Source: a virus (Duplodnaviria > Caudoviricetes). Taken from it: a DNA stretch of 34,679 bases. Shown piece by piece: positions 1-10,900 of this stretch (positions within the stretch are counted from its first letter, which is position 1; each line of letters begins with the position of its first letter). Below the pieces are notes generated by a model. That model searched no databases. It was not told the DNA's origin and saw only the letters and a program-made list of their open reading frames with translations. The position numbers were made by a program, and so were the translations under genes. The DNA is taken from positions 1 through 34,679 of the IMG/VR virus record IMGVR_UViG_3300020045_007409; one strand, 5' to 3'.

Positions 1-1
1 G

Positions 2-445
2 TATAAACCAAGCCCGCTCCAAGCCAAGATTCACAATAACCTAAGACGGTTTAATGTAATCGTACTACATCGTGGAGCTGGTAAGACCTACATGTGTTGT
101 GCAGAGCTGATCAAGAGAGCAATTGAATGTAAGCACCAGGGCGGGGCTTTATTTCTATATATGGCTCCGTTCAGAAAGCAAGGTAAGGACATAGCATGGG
201 CTGCCTTAAAGGCTTTATTAAGGTTTAATAAAGAATCTATCAGCATCCGCGAAGATGAACTAACAATAACCTTCGAACATAACGGAGCGGTAATAAGAAT
301 AGACGGGGCGGACAACCCAGACAGTAAGCGCGGTATTCACCATCACATGGTAATACTGGACGAAGTAGGGCAAATGGAACCTACAATCTGGACTGAGGTA
401 GTGTTCCCTGCTATTCAACGTAATAATGGAACAGTTATTTTATTA
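2..445 (+). pseudogene. Fragment of a second, unrelated large terminase (N-terminal ATPase part); probably a chimeric piece
   Basis: Frame is open from position 2: YKPSPLQAKIHNNLRRFNVIVLHRGAGKTYM (Q motif and Walker A), GADNPDSKRG, Walker B VILDE. Terminase-like sequence stops abruptly near GTVILL (~445). Confidence 0.8.
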
Positions 446-501
446 TGCTGCTCTAACATATTAGCAAATATGTTATCGTATTGTTTAAGTTTGCTCATAA
501 T

Positions 502-531
502 AAAAAAGAGCAGCCTTTTGAGCTGCTCTTT
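502..531 (-). terminator. Intrinsic terminator after the 77-aa ORF
   Basis: aagagcagc-cttttga-gctgctctt near-perfect hairpin with a T run on the minus strand. Confidence 0.6.
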
Positions 532-539
532 AATTTTAT

Positions 540-773
540 TTAGTTACCAGCTTGATAACCTTCAGGTTCCAATATTGGATTTCCCTCTGTTTCACAAGTT
601 GTATCTACCAATACATATTTAGCTTCAACTTGACGTTTAAACTTTACATTACATGCACTTGCAAACTTAGCTGCTACACTTGGTGGAATTTCATATTTAG
701 TTGCAATATCTGCTTTACTCATTCCGTTTTGTACGTCTTGTACGAATTCTGTTTTATTTACTTCTTTTGCCAT
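540..773 (-). CDS. Small hypothetical phage protein, possibly HTH-like (foreign fragment)
   Basis: 77-aa ORF overlapping the primase end and followed by a terminator; GMSKADIATKYEI resembles an HTH. Confidence 0.55.
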   Translation of the reverse strand: MAKEVNKTEFVQDVQNGMSKADIATKYEIPPSVAAKFASACNVKFKRQVEAKYVLVDTTCETEGNPILEPEGYQAGN

Positions 774-1243
774 TTTCTTTATTTATTATTTCGTTAATTA
801 ATTTTCGGGTATTTTCCAACCCATGTTTTTTGATGTAACCACTTAGATCTTTTTCTTCTGGTATAAATAATGTTTCTAAATCAAACTCTTTTAATACTTC
901 TTCTGAAGCTTTTATTCCACTTTTATCATTATCAAAATTTAATATAATTCTATTATATCTTCTTTGAAGAGTTGCTATTTTTTCTTTCCAATCTCCTAGC
1001 CCCTCTGAATGTGGGGCTACAGCTTCAATATTAAATAAATCCCAACACATCACATCTTTCATTGATTTAGTAATTATACATACTTCTCCTAACCAAGGCA
1101 ACATATCATATCCTTGCAATTCTGTATGAGGAATATTAGTTAAAAACCTATATTCTTTAGATTTATAGAAATACAATTTCCATTTTCCATTATCATAATA
1201 ACCTATACATGGATTGGTAGTGTTATAAGCATACATAAGTTCT
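754..1243 (-). CDS. Toprim-domain DNA primase, C-terminal part (Bacteroidota/crAss-like phage type); N-terminus appears replaced at a junction near 1243
   Basis: LQGYDML...CIITKSMKDVMC...APHSE...ILNFDNDKSG (Toprim DxD). The first ~30 aa of the 192-aa ORF do not look like primase, and the zinc-binding domain is missing. Confidence 0.7.
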
Positions 1244-1332
1244 CCAGATGCCATAATTTTATCATTTGCTTCAATTAAAGATTTCAAAGCACTATATGCT
1301 TCATTCGGTTTATACGTTGTTATTTTCGTCAT

Positions 1333-1587
1333 TTAATTTTTAATTTTATATTTTAATTTGTACAGTTCTAATAGAGAAGGATAATCATAAGCAATTGATG
1401 CTTGAACATGTACATCATTTGCTAATTTTTTATCTAACTTATATAGAAAATCTAAGTCTTGACTTCTAGATACATATCCTATAATCATTTCCATACCCAT
1501 TTTAAAAGTAGCTTTATCTCCATCTAAAAAAGATAACATAGATTCTTGTTCTTCATCACTCAGTTTCATACGTTGTATCAATATCAT
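1333..1587 (-). CDS. Hypothetical protein (foreign fragment)
   Basis: 84-aa ORF with an ATGA overlap at its start and a stop abutting the next ATG. Confidence 0.5.
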   Translation of the reverse strand: MILIQRMKLSDEEQESMLSFLDGDKATFKMGMEMIIGYVSRSQDLDFLYKLDKKLANDVHVQASIAYDYPSLLELYKLKYKIKN

Positions 1588-4433
1588 CTGAATTTATAGT
1601 TACATAGGTAATATAAGAAAATGGTCTTTGTATTAGGATCAAATGTCCCCTGAACAGCCGAAATATCAGATTGTGCCGAAAAGAAGACAGTGTTTATACC
1701 GAATAAATCTTTAAATGCTTTTGCTATTCTGGCAACACCTTCGATAGTGGTTTCTTCCCCTTCAATGTCTGAAAACGAAGGAACAGCGACTTTAACAGTC
1801 TCTCCTACTTTCTCAGATATTCTATCCAATGCAGTTTTTTGTGAAGCAGATAGTATCTTATCTTCGATAGCCTGAGATTGATCAATGCTTTTGAATACTA
1901 TGCCATCTTTATCTGCAAATGCTATTCCAGAATCTTTATTAAGGATTTGATCCTTAATAGATGCCTTGAACAATGCCTTATTAGACGATATAATATTTTT
2001 AATAGATTGTGGTATATTCTTGGAAATAGCAGTAACTAATTTATCAAGTGTTGTCTGTGGGTCTTCTCGAAGCCCATTTGCTACTGTTTTGATTAAATTG
2101 TTTTGTTCAGCAGGATTACCGAATATACGATTGGTTTCGTTGATATCCTCAGTAGAAAGACCGTTTATCTCAGATATAAAATCAATTAATTCGTTTTCCT
2201 TCTCAGCATTATATTCACTATCTTGAGTAAATCTATTTGAAACAATATCTGTAATTGATTTAATGCTTTTAGAACGTATCTGATCGATTTTGTCTTCGAT
2301 TATAGTATCTAATGCTGCATTAGCACTGGCAGAATTGTCGAAATCGTTCCCATCAATACGAAAACCTTTAGTTGTTCCAGTGTTATCATCTAGAACTGTT
2401 TCGATTACTGGAAATACACCAAGTCTTTGCCCCTTTTCCTTTATACTGGAAGGACTTGTAATGGCGTCAACTGCTGATACTGAATTATTCGCTCTGTTTG
2501 TTGAAATATCTCTATTTCTTTCTGGATAGAACTTCTGAAAGATATCATTGGCTTTGTTCAAGTCAGTCTTTTTAGCTTCTAAGATATTTGAAATAATATC
2601 ATCTTCAAATCCAAGATTGCGAAGATTTTCATCAGTCAAAGATTTACCAATTTCGACAGTATTTAAGTATCCAGAATATGTTGAACCTGCTGCACCGAAT
2701 ATTACAAGTGGCACTAATCCGATAGCAACGTCTGCGCGAGTAGATTTCCACTCTTGTAATTCACGATCAAAGTCAATATCTGGAATATCCTCAGATAATG
2801 CCGAGAATATTGACTGTACTACAGGAGTTGTGGCATCTTGTAAGCCTTCTATAACAAATTCACTACCATAAGAAAGCGCAAATCTCGTAGCTAATGTTTT
2901 GGCTAAGAATGTTGATTTGGCAAGCTCTTTAAAATTGAAGAATTTTGATGTCCCTACTATAGTTAATTTATCCAATGCTCCTTGAACAGCACCAGATACT
3001 AATGATATATTAGCAGCATCGGATGCAGCCATTTCAGGATAATTATTACGTAAATCGGTGTACTCTAATCCAGAATATAGATTAGCAGCAGCAACTGTTC
3101 CTGGTATTCCCCCGACAACTGCAAGTCCAAGCAATGATCCAGAAGAACCTATAGTCGATGCCATAGTTCCTAAATAGCCTTGAACTGTTCCAGAACGGTA
3201 GTCAATTGATGGGTTAACGGTATTCAATATAGAGTCTATATCTCTTGAAGAATTTATGTCCTTTTGAGTTTCTAAGATAGCATTATCAATTAATTGTCTT
3301 TCGGTGGAGTTAACTGCTCGTTCGAAGCCTTTTTTTCCTGCCAGTAGTTCACCAACTTGTGTAGTTGATGCCATACCAGTTTGAAATGGATTAATATCTA
3401 TGGTCTTTAGTTTCTGAGCAACTTTCTGAGCAAGTAATCCAGTAACATATTCTTTAGCCTTTTCAGGAGAATCTATTTCAGAATCTGAATAATAGTTAAA
3501 GGATTTGTCGGCCATCTTCAAATCTTCCAATTCTGTTTCTATATCCTTGGTTCCCATGCCTTTAAGTCCACCAACGAATATATTTTTAACTGAATTATTA
3601 AAAGCCTCAACTATTGCGCCACTATCCTGAGATTTTCCTGTTTTTTCAGTTTCTCCTCGTTTTGATGCAAAGGTTTTAACTGCAACGGTAACTGCTTGCT
3701 GAACAACTGGATTATCTTTTTTAAGTTTATTAAAAAAGGTATCTAATTGTTTCTTTGAATCCGCTGTTTCCTTACCAATTGTCTGATTGTAAAGGTTTTC
3801 GATGACTTGTGGAATCTCTGCTTTATAAGGATCATATAAAGATTTAATGTTCATTCGACCTTTAGAAAATTCAGTAACATCTAAATCGGGATTTTTAGCT
3901 CTAGCATTGCGAATAGCATCAGCCATACCTTCACCATTTATATAGCTAATAGTTCCTAATTTCAAAGAATCTTGGGAAATATTATTACGTTTGTTGAATG
4001 TTGAATAGGAATTCTTCAAGTCATCATACAATTCTTTTTCAGTTTTAAAGTCTTTGTTCTTTGTTTTTGCCCAAGAACCTTTGAAATTTTCATAATTCTG
4101 TTTGTCGAAATCTTTATAAACATTAGAGAAATAAAGTGAATTTGCTTCGCGGTATTTATCTTCATCAGTTGGAAAGTAAGAGATGTCTTCCCCTAGTAGT
4201 TGAGTAATACCTTCGATACCGGAAAACACGGTATCAAGTTTTTGTTTATTCTCTTCCTGTGTTTGTAGGAATAGTTTATCTTTTTTTGGGGTTAGTGGGA
4301 GATTAAATGATTTCTGCTGATTCTCATAAGCCTTCATCAACTTAGCATAATTTACTGCATCAGTCTCTGGGGTTGTATCTTTGAGTATTTCTTGGGAGAA
4401 CAAATCATAATCTTCTTCTGTAATTAAAGGCAT
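1584..4433 (-). CDS. Giant internal virion/ejection (polyvalent-type) protein, N-terminal part; truncated near 1615
   Basis: Last gene of the ejection-protein block. Has a hydrophobic Gly/Ala segment (GLAVVGGIPGTVAAA...EFVIEGLQD) typical of DNA-transfer proteins. Ends in QGTFDPNTKTIFL, the usual lead-in to a zincin HExxH domain. Confidence 0.7.
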   Translation of the reverse strand: MPLITEEDYDLFSQEILKDTTPETDAVNYAKLMKAYENQQKSFNLPLTPKKDKLFLQTQEENKQKLDTVFSGIEGITQLLGEDISYFPTDEDKYREANSLYFSNVYKDFDKQNYENFKGSWAKTKNKDFKTEKELYDDLKNSYSTFNKRNNISQDSLKLGTISYINGEGMADAIRNARAKNPDLDVTEFSKGRMNIKSLYDPYKAEIPQVIENLYNQTIGKETADSKKQLDTFFNKLKKDNPVVQQAVTVAVKTFASKRGETEKTGKSQDSGAIVEAFNNSVKNIFVGGLKGMGTKDIETELEDLKMADKSFNYYSDSEIDSPEKAKEYVTGLLAQKVAQKLKTIDINPFQTGMASTTQVGELLAGKKGFERAVNSTERQLIDNAILETQKDINSSRDIDSILNTVNPSIDYRSGTVQGYLGTMASTIGSSGSLLGLAVVGGIPGTVAAANLYSGLEYTDLRNNYPEMAASDAANISLVSGAVQGALDKLTIVGTSKFFNFKELAKSTFLAKTLATRFALSYGSEFVIEGLQDATTPVVQSIFSALSEDIPDIDFDRELQEWKSTRADVAIGLVPLVIFGAAGSTYSGYLNTVEIGKSLTDENLRNLGFEDDIISNILEAKKTDLNKANDIFQKFYPERNRDISTNRANNSVSAVDAITSPSSIKEKGQRLGVFPVIETVLDDNTGTTKGFRIDGNDFDNSASANAALDTIIEDKIDQIRSKSIKSITDIVSNRFTQDSEYNAEKENELIDFISEINGLSTEDINETNRIFGNPAEQNNLIKTVANGLREDPQTTLDKLVTAISKNIPQSIKNIISSNKALFKASIKDQILNKDSGIAFADKDGIVFKSIDQSQAIEDKILSASQKTALDRISEKVGETVKVAVPSFSDIEGEETTIEGVARIAKAFKDLFGINTVFFSAQSDISAVQGTFDPNTKTIFLYYLCNYKFR

Positions 4434-4438
4434 AGAAG

Positions 4439-4446
4439 TATTTATA
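4439..4446 (-). promoter_or_regulatory. TATAAATA box (T4 gp55-type late-promoter-like), 5 nt before ATG
   Basis: Minus strand TATAAATA-cttct-ATG. Confidence 0.65.
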
Positions 4447-4452
4447 ACTTTA

Positions 4453-6777
4453 TTACGGATTTGCTTTTAATAGTTCTTCCATTCGCTTCTTAGCAGCATC
4501 AGATTGTGTAGATGATGGATTCTTTAATCCGCTCAAGCCTATAGGTTTATTCTTTCCTATTTGGGAATTTACATAATTCACGCTTTGCTCGCGGGTTTTA
4601 ATATTTCCTAAACGTATTTCAGCCATCAGATTATCTTTAATCTGAGACATCAATAATTCAGCTTCTTGTCTCTTCTCGGCATCTTCAACCTCTTCGAACT
4701 GAATATTGTTCTTTATTTTATCGGGCTTTACTTCAATGATTTCCCCATTATCGCCAGTATAGGTAACTTTATCCTTATATTTAGTTAAAGGAACTTCTAC
4801 AGATGTTGGGATAACTTGTCCTATATCTGTTGGTTTTGCTAAACGATATGTTTTTTCTCCAGGAAAAAGATAACGTACATTTGCGCTTTCTTTTATTATT
4901 TCCTCGTTAAATGTTTTTGTGGATAGCATTCCGCGTGGCTTCTCTATCTGAATAAATTTAGGTTCGGTAGTTTTGAATGGAATAATTTTACCTTCCTTGA
5001 ATTGTTTATTTAATACTGAGAATGCATCGGAAGTTATACCCGTAACTCGTTTGCCTTCGGAGGTTTCGGTGTTTTTACGAAGTAAATCTTTAAGACGGGT
5101 TTGCCCTTCACCATTTGTCTTCAATTCTATTTCACCAAAAAGATTCATTTCTTGGACGCGAAGATTTTTACGCTCTTCATCAGTCGCAGCCTGATTATAT
5201 TTGTTTGAAAACTCGTACACTTTAGTCTCAAGATCGGAATAGAACCCATTTGAAACTACTTTATTTCTAAAATCGGTATTATTTTGATATTCTATTAAAG
5301 AACTTTTAAGGGTTTGGATGTTAGGATCAGAGAAATTCAATGTTTTATAAGCAGGATCACTGGTTATAATATTTTCTATGTTTTGACCATTAAGTTGACC
5401 AATATCAATAGCCTGTTTTAAACTTTTAACATTATCATTAGCCTTTTCATACAAAGATTGTGTTGCAATATTTTTAAGTTTAAATTCGTCATTTGGAGAG
5501 AACCCTGTTGAAGAGTATTTCTTTGGATTATAATCTTTTGGAAGTTCAACACCAGTCAATTCTTGGTATTTTGCACGTACAGATGAAGGCCATTCTGAAT
5601 TTGTTTGATTAGGATCATTACTTGCTCCAGGAGGAGAATATATTGCTCCAATTCCCTCAATAGTATTTGCCTTATAGTTTGATATAGCCTTTGCCGCAAT
5701 ACGGATACTCTCGTCCACACTAGTCATTGTTCTTGGACCACTATTATCAGATATACCTGTAGCGTTATTTTTATTTTTAAACGCATTACTTTTACCATTT
5801 CCTGTTTCAAACATTGAGACAGCCATTAAAAAGTTAGGATCGATACCATACTCTTCACCATATTTTTGGAAAGATGCAATATATGGGGATAATTCAGAAG
5901 GAGCATTTACTGGTGGGGCTACGGTAGTTCCTTTAGCATTAAGTTTGTTTAAAAATTCATCAGGTTTTTCAACTGCTTCGGTCTGTGCATTATCTAATTT
6001 GTTGCTGTATTCATAACGATACTTCACATTAGAACGATAATTCTGAGCCTCATTTGGGTTGATAAATCCATTTTTTTCAGCATCATCGATTTGTCTATAT
6101 GCTAGTTCATATTGATCAGCATTTATAAAATTCTCTAAATTATTTTTAAAGGCGTTCTGACCTATGGTATTTTTAACATTTGATGCATCTTCAAGCATTA
6201 ATGACCCCTGCTCTTCTGTGAAGATACCACGGGATATACCATCTCTAACATATTCGGTATATCTATCCATCTTTGTTGGATCATTGGAATTGATTGCAGA
6301 ATTACGCATTAAGTCAAGAGAACCCTTAAATGCATCACCTGTGCGCTGGAAAGCAGATGAGTACACATTTGTACGCATGTTAGATGACCAATTATTTAAT
6401 TTTTGTTCTAATTTATATTTTGTTTCGGCTGAAACATTTGCATTTGTTATCTTTTCTTGGAAAGCTGGTAGACGTTCCTCTAATCTCTTTTCCCAATGTG
6501 GGATATAATCAGAGTCTGGTCTGTTTAGATTTTCTGGTTGGTTTTTCCATTTTTCAAATTCTAACGATTCATTATCCAACTCCATATCAAAATCTAATTG
6601 CTCTCTTAGATCATCTGCCCCTTGTTTTTTAGCAAATAATCCTGCAACACCTTCTCCAAATCGAGCAACACCCCTCGCGATTTCTGCATATCCAGCAGTT
6701 GAATCAATATTAGGGGTTTGAACTGCAATACTTGGAAGTTTGACGAATGATTGTTCTAAAAGTGGTATACGTGCCAT
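4453..6777 (-). CDS. Internal virion protein with a lysozyme-fold (GH73 glucosaminidase-like) peptidoglycan hydrolase domain
   Basis: YGEEYGIDPNFLMAVSMFETGNGKS..KNKNNATGI..IGAIYSPPGASNDPNQTNSEW embedded in a helical protein, in the ejection-protein position. Confidence 0.8.
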   Translation of the reverse strand: MARIPLLEQSFVKLPSIAVQTPNIDSTAGYAEIARGVARFGEGVAGLFAKKQGADDLREQLDFDMELDNESLEFEKWKNQPENLNRPDSDYIPHWEKRLEERLPAFQEKITNANVSAETKYKLEQKLNNWSSNMRTNVYSSAFQRTGDAFKGSLDLMRNSAINSNDPTKMDRYTEYVRDGISRGIFTEEQGSLMLEDASNVKNTIGQNAFKNNLENFINADQYELAYRQIDDAEKNGFINPNEAQNYRSNVKYRYEYSNKLDNAQTEAVEKPDEFLNKLNAKGTTVAPPVNAPSELSPYIASFQKYGEEYGIDPNFLMAVSMFETGNGKSNAFKNKNNATGISDNSGPRTMTSVDESIRIAAKAISNYKANTIEGIGAIYSPPGASNDPNQTNSEWPSSVRAKYQELTGVELPKDYNPKKYSSTGFSPNDEFKLKNIATQSLYEKANDNVKSLKQAIDIGQLNGQNIENIITSDPAYKTLNFSDPNIQTLKSSLIEYQNNTDFRNKVVSNGFYSDLETKVYEFSNKYNQAATDEERKNLRVQEMNLFGEIELKTNGEGQTRLKDLLRKNTETSEGKRVTGITSDAFSVLNKQFKEGKIIPFKTTEPKFIQIEKPRGMLSTKTFNEEIIKESANVRYLFPGEKTYRLAKPTDIGQVIPTSVEVPLTKYKDKVTYTGDNGEIIEVKPDKIKNNIQFEEVEDAEKRQEAELLMSQIKDNLMAEIRLGNIKTREQSVNYVNSQIGKNKPIGLSGLKNPSSTQSDAAKKRMEELLKANP

Positions 6778-6782
6778 GATAG

Positions 6783-6790
6783 TATTTATA
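6783..6790 (-). promoter_or_regulatory. TATAAATA box 5 nt before ATG
   Basis: TATAAATA-ctatc-ATG. Confidence 0.65.
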
Positions 6791-6810
6791 TAAAATAAAA
6801 GAAATAGAGA

Positions 6811-7470
6811 TTATTTTCCACTGGAAGTAACAGAGGATGTCATAGGCCCAACAGTAACAGATGATTTTGATGCTGGGGCTTTATATGGAGATGTGTATGC
6901 TCCACCAATTGTTCCCACCATTGATCCTAATCCTGATACAAGTGTTCCAGTTGCTGCACGTTTATATCCAGCAGATTCAGCCTTTCCTAATTGTAGTGCT
7001 GCACCTGCTCTATAATTCAGATTTGAACTATTTATTTGATTAACTATTCCTGCATCGGTGAGGTCTGTATTATTTTGTTTCCATGTATCAGCCTCTAATT
7101 GTAAGGCAGTGCCTACACCAGCAACAATACCTGAATCAGCAATAGCTGCTAACTGCTTGGCTCTGAATCGTCTTTGATCTTCTGCTAGTCTTCGTTGGTT
7201 CTCTGAAAATTCTAATTCTTTCTGTTTCTGCTCATTTGCAAGTGCCTGTGATTCAGCTTCTGCATTATATTTCGCTTGTTTGGCCGCAGTCTGTTGAGCA
7301 CTATAAGAAATAGCAGTGCTTGCAGCAGTTGCGGCCAATGATGCATACAAAGATATTGTTCCCGCTGTTCCCAATGCTTCAATAATATTCAACGGAGGTT
7401 TTCTATTATATATATCCCCAAAGGTAGAAGGACATGTTGGAGGTAGGCAATGATCTGTGAATTTTCTCAT
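6811..7470 (-). CDS. Small ejection/pilot protein (T7 gp14 / P22 gp7-like position)
   Basis: Ala/Gly-rich hydrophobic N-region, Gln-rich coiled coil, Gly-rich C-region; synteny. Confidence 0.7.
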   Translation of the reverse strand: MRKFTDHCLPPTCPSTFGDIYNRKPPLNIIEALGTAGTISLYASLAATAASTAISYSAQQTAAKQAKYNAEAESQALANEQKQKELEFSENQRRLAEDQRRFRAKQLAAIADSGIVAGVGTALQLEADTWKQNNTDLTDAGIVNQINSSNLNYRAGAALQLGKAESAGYKRAATGTLVSGLGSMVGTIGGAYTSPYKAPASKSSVTVGPMTSSVTSSGK

Positions 7471-7475
7471 ATTAA

Positions 7476-7483
7476 TATTTATA
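7476..7483 (-). promoter_or_regulatory. TATAAATA box 5 nt before ATG
   Basis: TATAAATA-ttaat-ATG. Confidence 0.65.
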
Positions 7484-7491
7484 AAATATAG

Positions 7492-7914
7492 TTAAACAAT
7501 AGCTCTTGCAATTGATATCGGATTTTCATCTACTATGAATCCTGATCGTTTAATTTCATTATTTAATCTTTTTGAAAGAACTGCCTTTACTAAAAATTTA
7601 GAATTCGTGTTGGTCTGTAAAATACTAATATAATCAGAAACTACTTTCCAAAGAGCATCCCAATATTTTCTTGATTCAAATATTGACATATTCGGTTTAG
7701 ATAATAAATGATCCAATTGAATAATAGGTACACCTAAAATATGATAAACAAATATCACCATTTTAGGCGTTACTACGAGATAATCATCTAAATCCACCGC
7801 TAAGAATCCATTTTGAGATAGGAAGCACTCATTTAATTCTATTTTTCTTTCGTCTGCCCAGCTTTTAATTATATCAAAATGCTCATTGGGTTCATACTTT
7901 ATAACAGTTATCAT
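7492..7914 (-). CDS. Putative GNAT-like virion assembly protein (T7 gp13 / P22 gp14 position)
   Basis: 140 aa between the nozzle and the first ejection protein; C-terminal IKRSGFIV resembles the GNAT tail. Call rests mainly on synteny. Confidence 0.5.
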   Translation of the reverse strand: MITVIKYEPNEHFDIIKSWADERKIELNECFLSQNGFLAVDLDDYLVVTPKMVIFVYHILGVPIIQLDHLLSKPNMSIFESRKYWDALWKVVSDYISILQTNTNSKFLVKAVLSKRLNNEIKRSGFIVDENPISIARAIV

Positions 7915-7922
7915 TTCAATAT

Positions 7923-10900
7923 TTATTGAACTTCAAGCTTAAATACGATTCCTCGCAAGTTGAATGGATTAGGATCGGAATGTGAAACTATAAAATTTAA
8001 ATCTTGTGACCAAGATGAATTTATAACATTATATTGTGTTTGACCAGTGTATGATATTTCAAAGTCACCTGGATATCCTGCCGTAGAACTTAAAGGATAG
8101 TCTGGATTTCTTGGATAATCAGTAGATGGTGAGAAAATGAAGTTTTGATAATTAATATCAGTATATGGTTTATTTTCCATTAATCCGAGTTCGAAATTAT
8201 CTTGTGCATATTCTGCATCATTAAATGCTCCTTCAATAGTTTTGAATTGACCACCATAACTTCTCCATAAACTGAATACCGCAGAATCTATTCTAACTTT
8301 CTTACCAAAAGATGTTCCATTCTGTAACTGAACTTCAAACTTAGTAGGGATATATAACGATGTGTATGGTAATCCAAATACTGGATTAAAGAACCCTGAT
8401 GTATTGCCATCATTTCCTGTTAATGTGATGGTTCCTGTTCCGAAATCAAATGCTGTTAAAGGAACGCCACCATATCTGATGGATTCTACATCTCTTCCCA
8501 ATAAGTGATTCGTAGCATACACTAATGAACTATAACGGGTTCTTGTTGGAGAGGTGAGGGTTGATCTTACTTCTAATGGCTGATAAGAATCCAAGAATCT
8601 CCAATAATTATTATATGATATTGCTCTCCACGATGAACCATATATAAAGTTCATCATCTCTGGTGAGAATCTTTCAACATAATATTGGGCAGTTGGTGTT
8701 CCCGCCACATCTATGTAGCGTTTAACGGTAAACCAAATCTCATCTACTTGATTTTCTCCACCAAATACTACTGCAACACTGGTAAACATGTCTTTATCGG
8801 CTTCATCATTATAATATTTGTCACGTTCGCCAGTTATATGTCTGTGCCATGCGGTTATATTTTGATCACGATCATATGAGAAACCTACCAATCCACCCTT
8901 TTCAGTAACACACCATAAGACAGGTTCAATATTACTTTGGAAAGCAGCTTGAATAAATGAATCTTGGTTCATCTGTTCCGCAATCATAGTCATATCTGGT
9001 GCATTAAATGCATCTCTTTCAAATGAATATGCGAATTCTCTTAAACGTTTCTTACCACGTTGGAAGAATAACAAGGAATCTCCAGTCAATGTTGCTGGAA
9101 TTGTTGAACAGCCATAATTAACTCTGCGTTCAACATTTACATTAGATGCGGTGATTACAGAATCTCTAGTACCTGCATCAACAGTGTAAATTTCACCTTC
9201 TGTTCCTACTACTAATGCTTTATTATATGATCTGAGCCACATAATTTTATTTGTAGCAGTTGAAGATAACATGAAATCCAATCCATCAGTATCTGTAGTG
9301 CCTTTAAGGAATACGTATAAATCTTCGGTCTTAGAACCCCAAATTCTACTTGGTTCGCTATCAAGGCCACCCCACCATACACGGCTTTGATGATAAGTCA
9401 CGGTTCTTGGATATCCAGAAGTTGGCCCAAATGCTGGACGACGATAATTTGATGTTGAAACACCCATTATATTTGCTGGTGGTATTTGATCATTTGGAAG
9501 AATGAAACGACCTTTTAATTCACTATCTGATACATATTCTTCAACTCGAAATGGAAGGGTGAGAACTGCGCTAACTGGTTCGATTTTAAACAAACGTCCG
9601 CTTGTTCCACCACTTGTTCTAATAGCTGATACACGATACCAACTACCAACTGCATCTGCTTCGGACGAATATGAAATATTGCCCTCATCAACATCAGTAG
9701 TGATCCATTGTCTAACAGTGTACCAAGTTATACCATCATCTGATTTCTCAAGAATTAGAGTTCCTACCATTGCTCCACCACTCAACCAGTTAGTTGAGAC
9801 AATAAATGCTCCCTGAATAAAAATAGGTTCACTTGGTCCGATGTTTGTTCCAGTAGAAATTACAACTGATTCATAATAATCGGGGCAACCAATTGAAATT
9901 TGGTACATAATACCTTCATCCTCAGATGTGAAGACTCCTTGCGAAGATACTAGTTTATATTTTACCCCTGTTAAATCAGTTAATCCTGAGCTTATTTTCC
10001 AATATAATGTCCAATTTTGGCCAAATCCTGGGTTATTGCCGCCCTGATAACCATATCTTCCTTTAACGGCGGCTACCGCTTTATGGCTTAGCTTAACCTC
10101 ATATACCACTTTTCCAAAAAGAATCTTATTTCCAGTTACGTAGTTTGTTCCTGCGATCCAGCTTTTAAGTTTTTCAGACGATGTTCCTTCATTCCAATAA
10201 GTTGTCCAAGAACCAGATGTTATTCCTGGCTGTCCAAGAGCATCTGTAGTAGAATTTTTTGGTGTGTGGGCAGTGTGACAAGTGTATAATAAACCATTAG
10301 AGTTAATTGTTCTATCACCAACTGCAAATGTAACTTGTGTCCAATATGTTGCCCAAGTAGCTCCAACTCCTGGTTCGTTTCCACCTGCGCCAGCGGCTGA
10401 TGAAGTATGTGCTAAAATACATCTATATATTCCAAGTGTTCCAGTAGTCTTTTTTACATATTCTCCTACAACATACGGTGTTAACGCTGCCCATACTGTT
10501 TGACCATTATCCCAATTTTCGTAATCAAATTGTGCTTGAATAGGACTAGCAAAAACTCCATCAAGTGTTGGTGGAAATTCAAATGGAACATTTTCAAATC
10601 TCCAATCGAGTTCTGAATATCTACTAAGACGTTTCGGATGATGGTTTGGGTGTGCCAAGAACATTACGTCATTTATTTGACAAAATTGGATATCAAATAA
10701 TTCTTCTTCTTGATAAGGTGTTTCGATTTCTATTGCAGCGGTTGCTCCAACATTATCCTCTGGAGTCATTTGCATCCAATATGTAGTATTATCTATTCCA
10801 GATGTTGGGTATTCATCATGTTCTATAACACATCTATAAATTTTATAAACTAAATCAACTAAATCATATTCATACACAAGATCATCTTTTTGATAGGTAA

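Noticed and set aside
92-622. Intact 176-aa protein, or a real second terminase of this phage
   Set aside because: Walker A lies upstream of the called ATG, and the tail after ~445 is the antisense of other DNA; chimeric fragment.
754-1332. Primase as this element's own replication gene
   Set aside because: Lies outside the ~1615 junction, is itself 5'-chimeric and lacks the TAARTA box.
2318-2400. Inverted terminal repeats of a linear genome or transposon
   Set aside because: The left copy is internal to a coding sequence and the right copy truncates an ORF; a template-switch chimera fits better.
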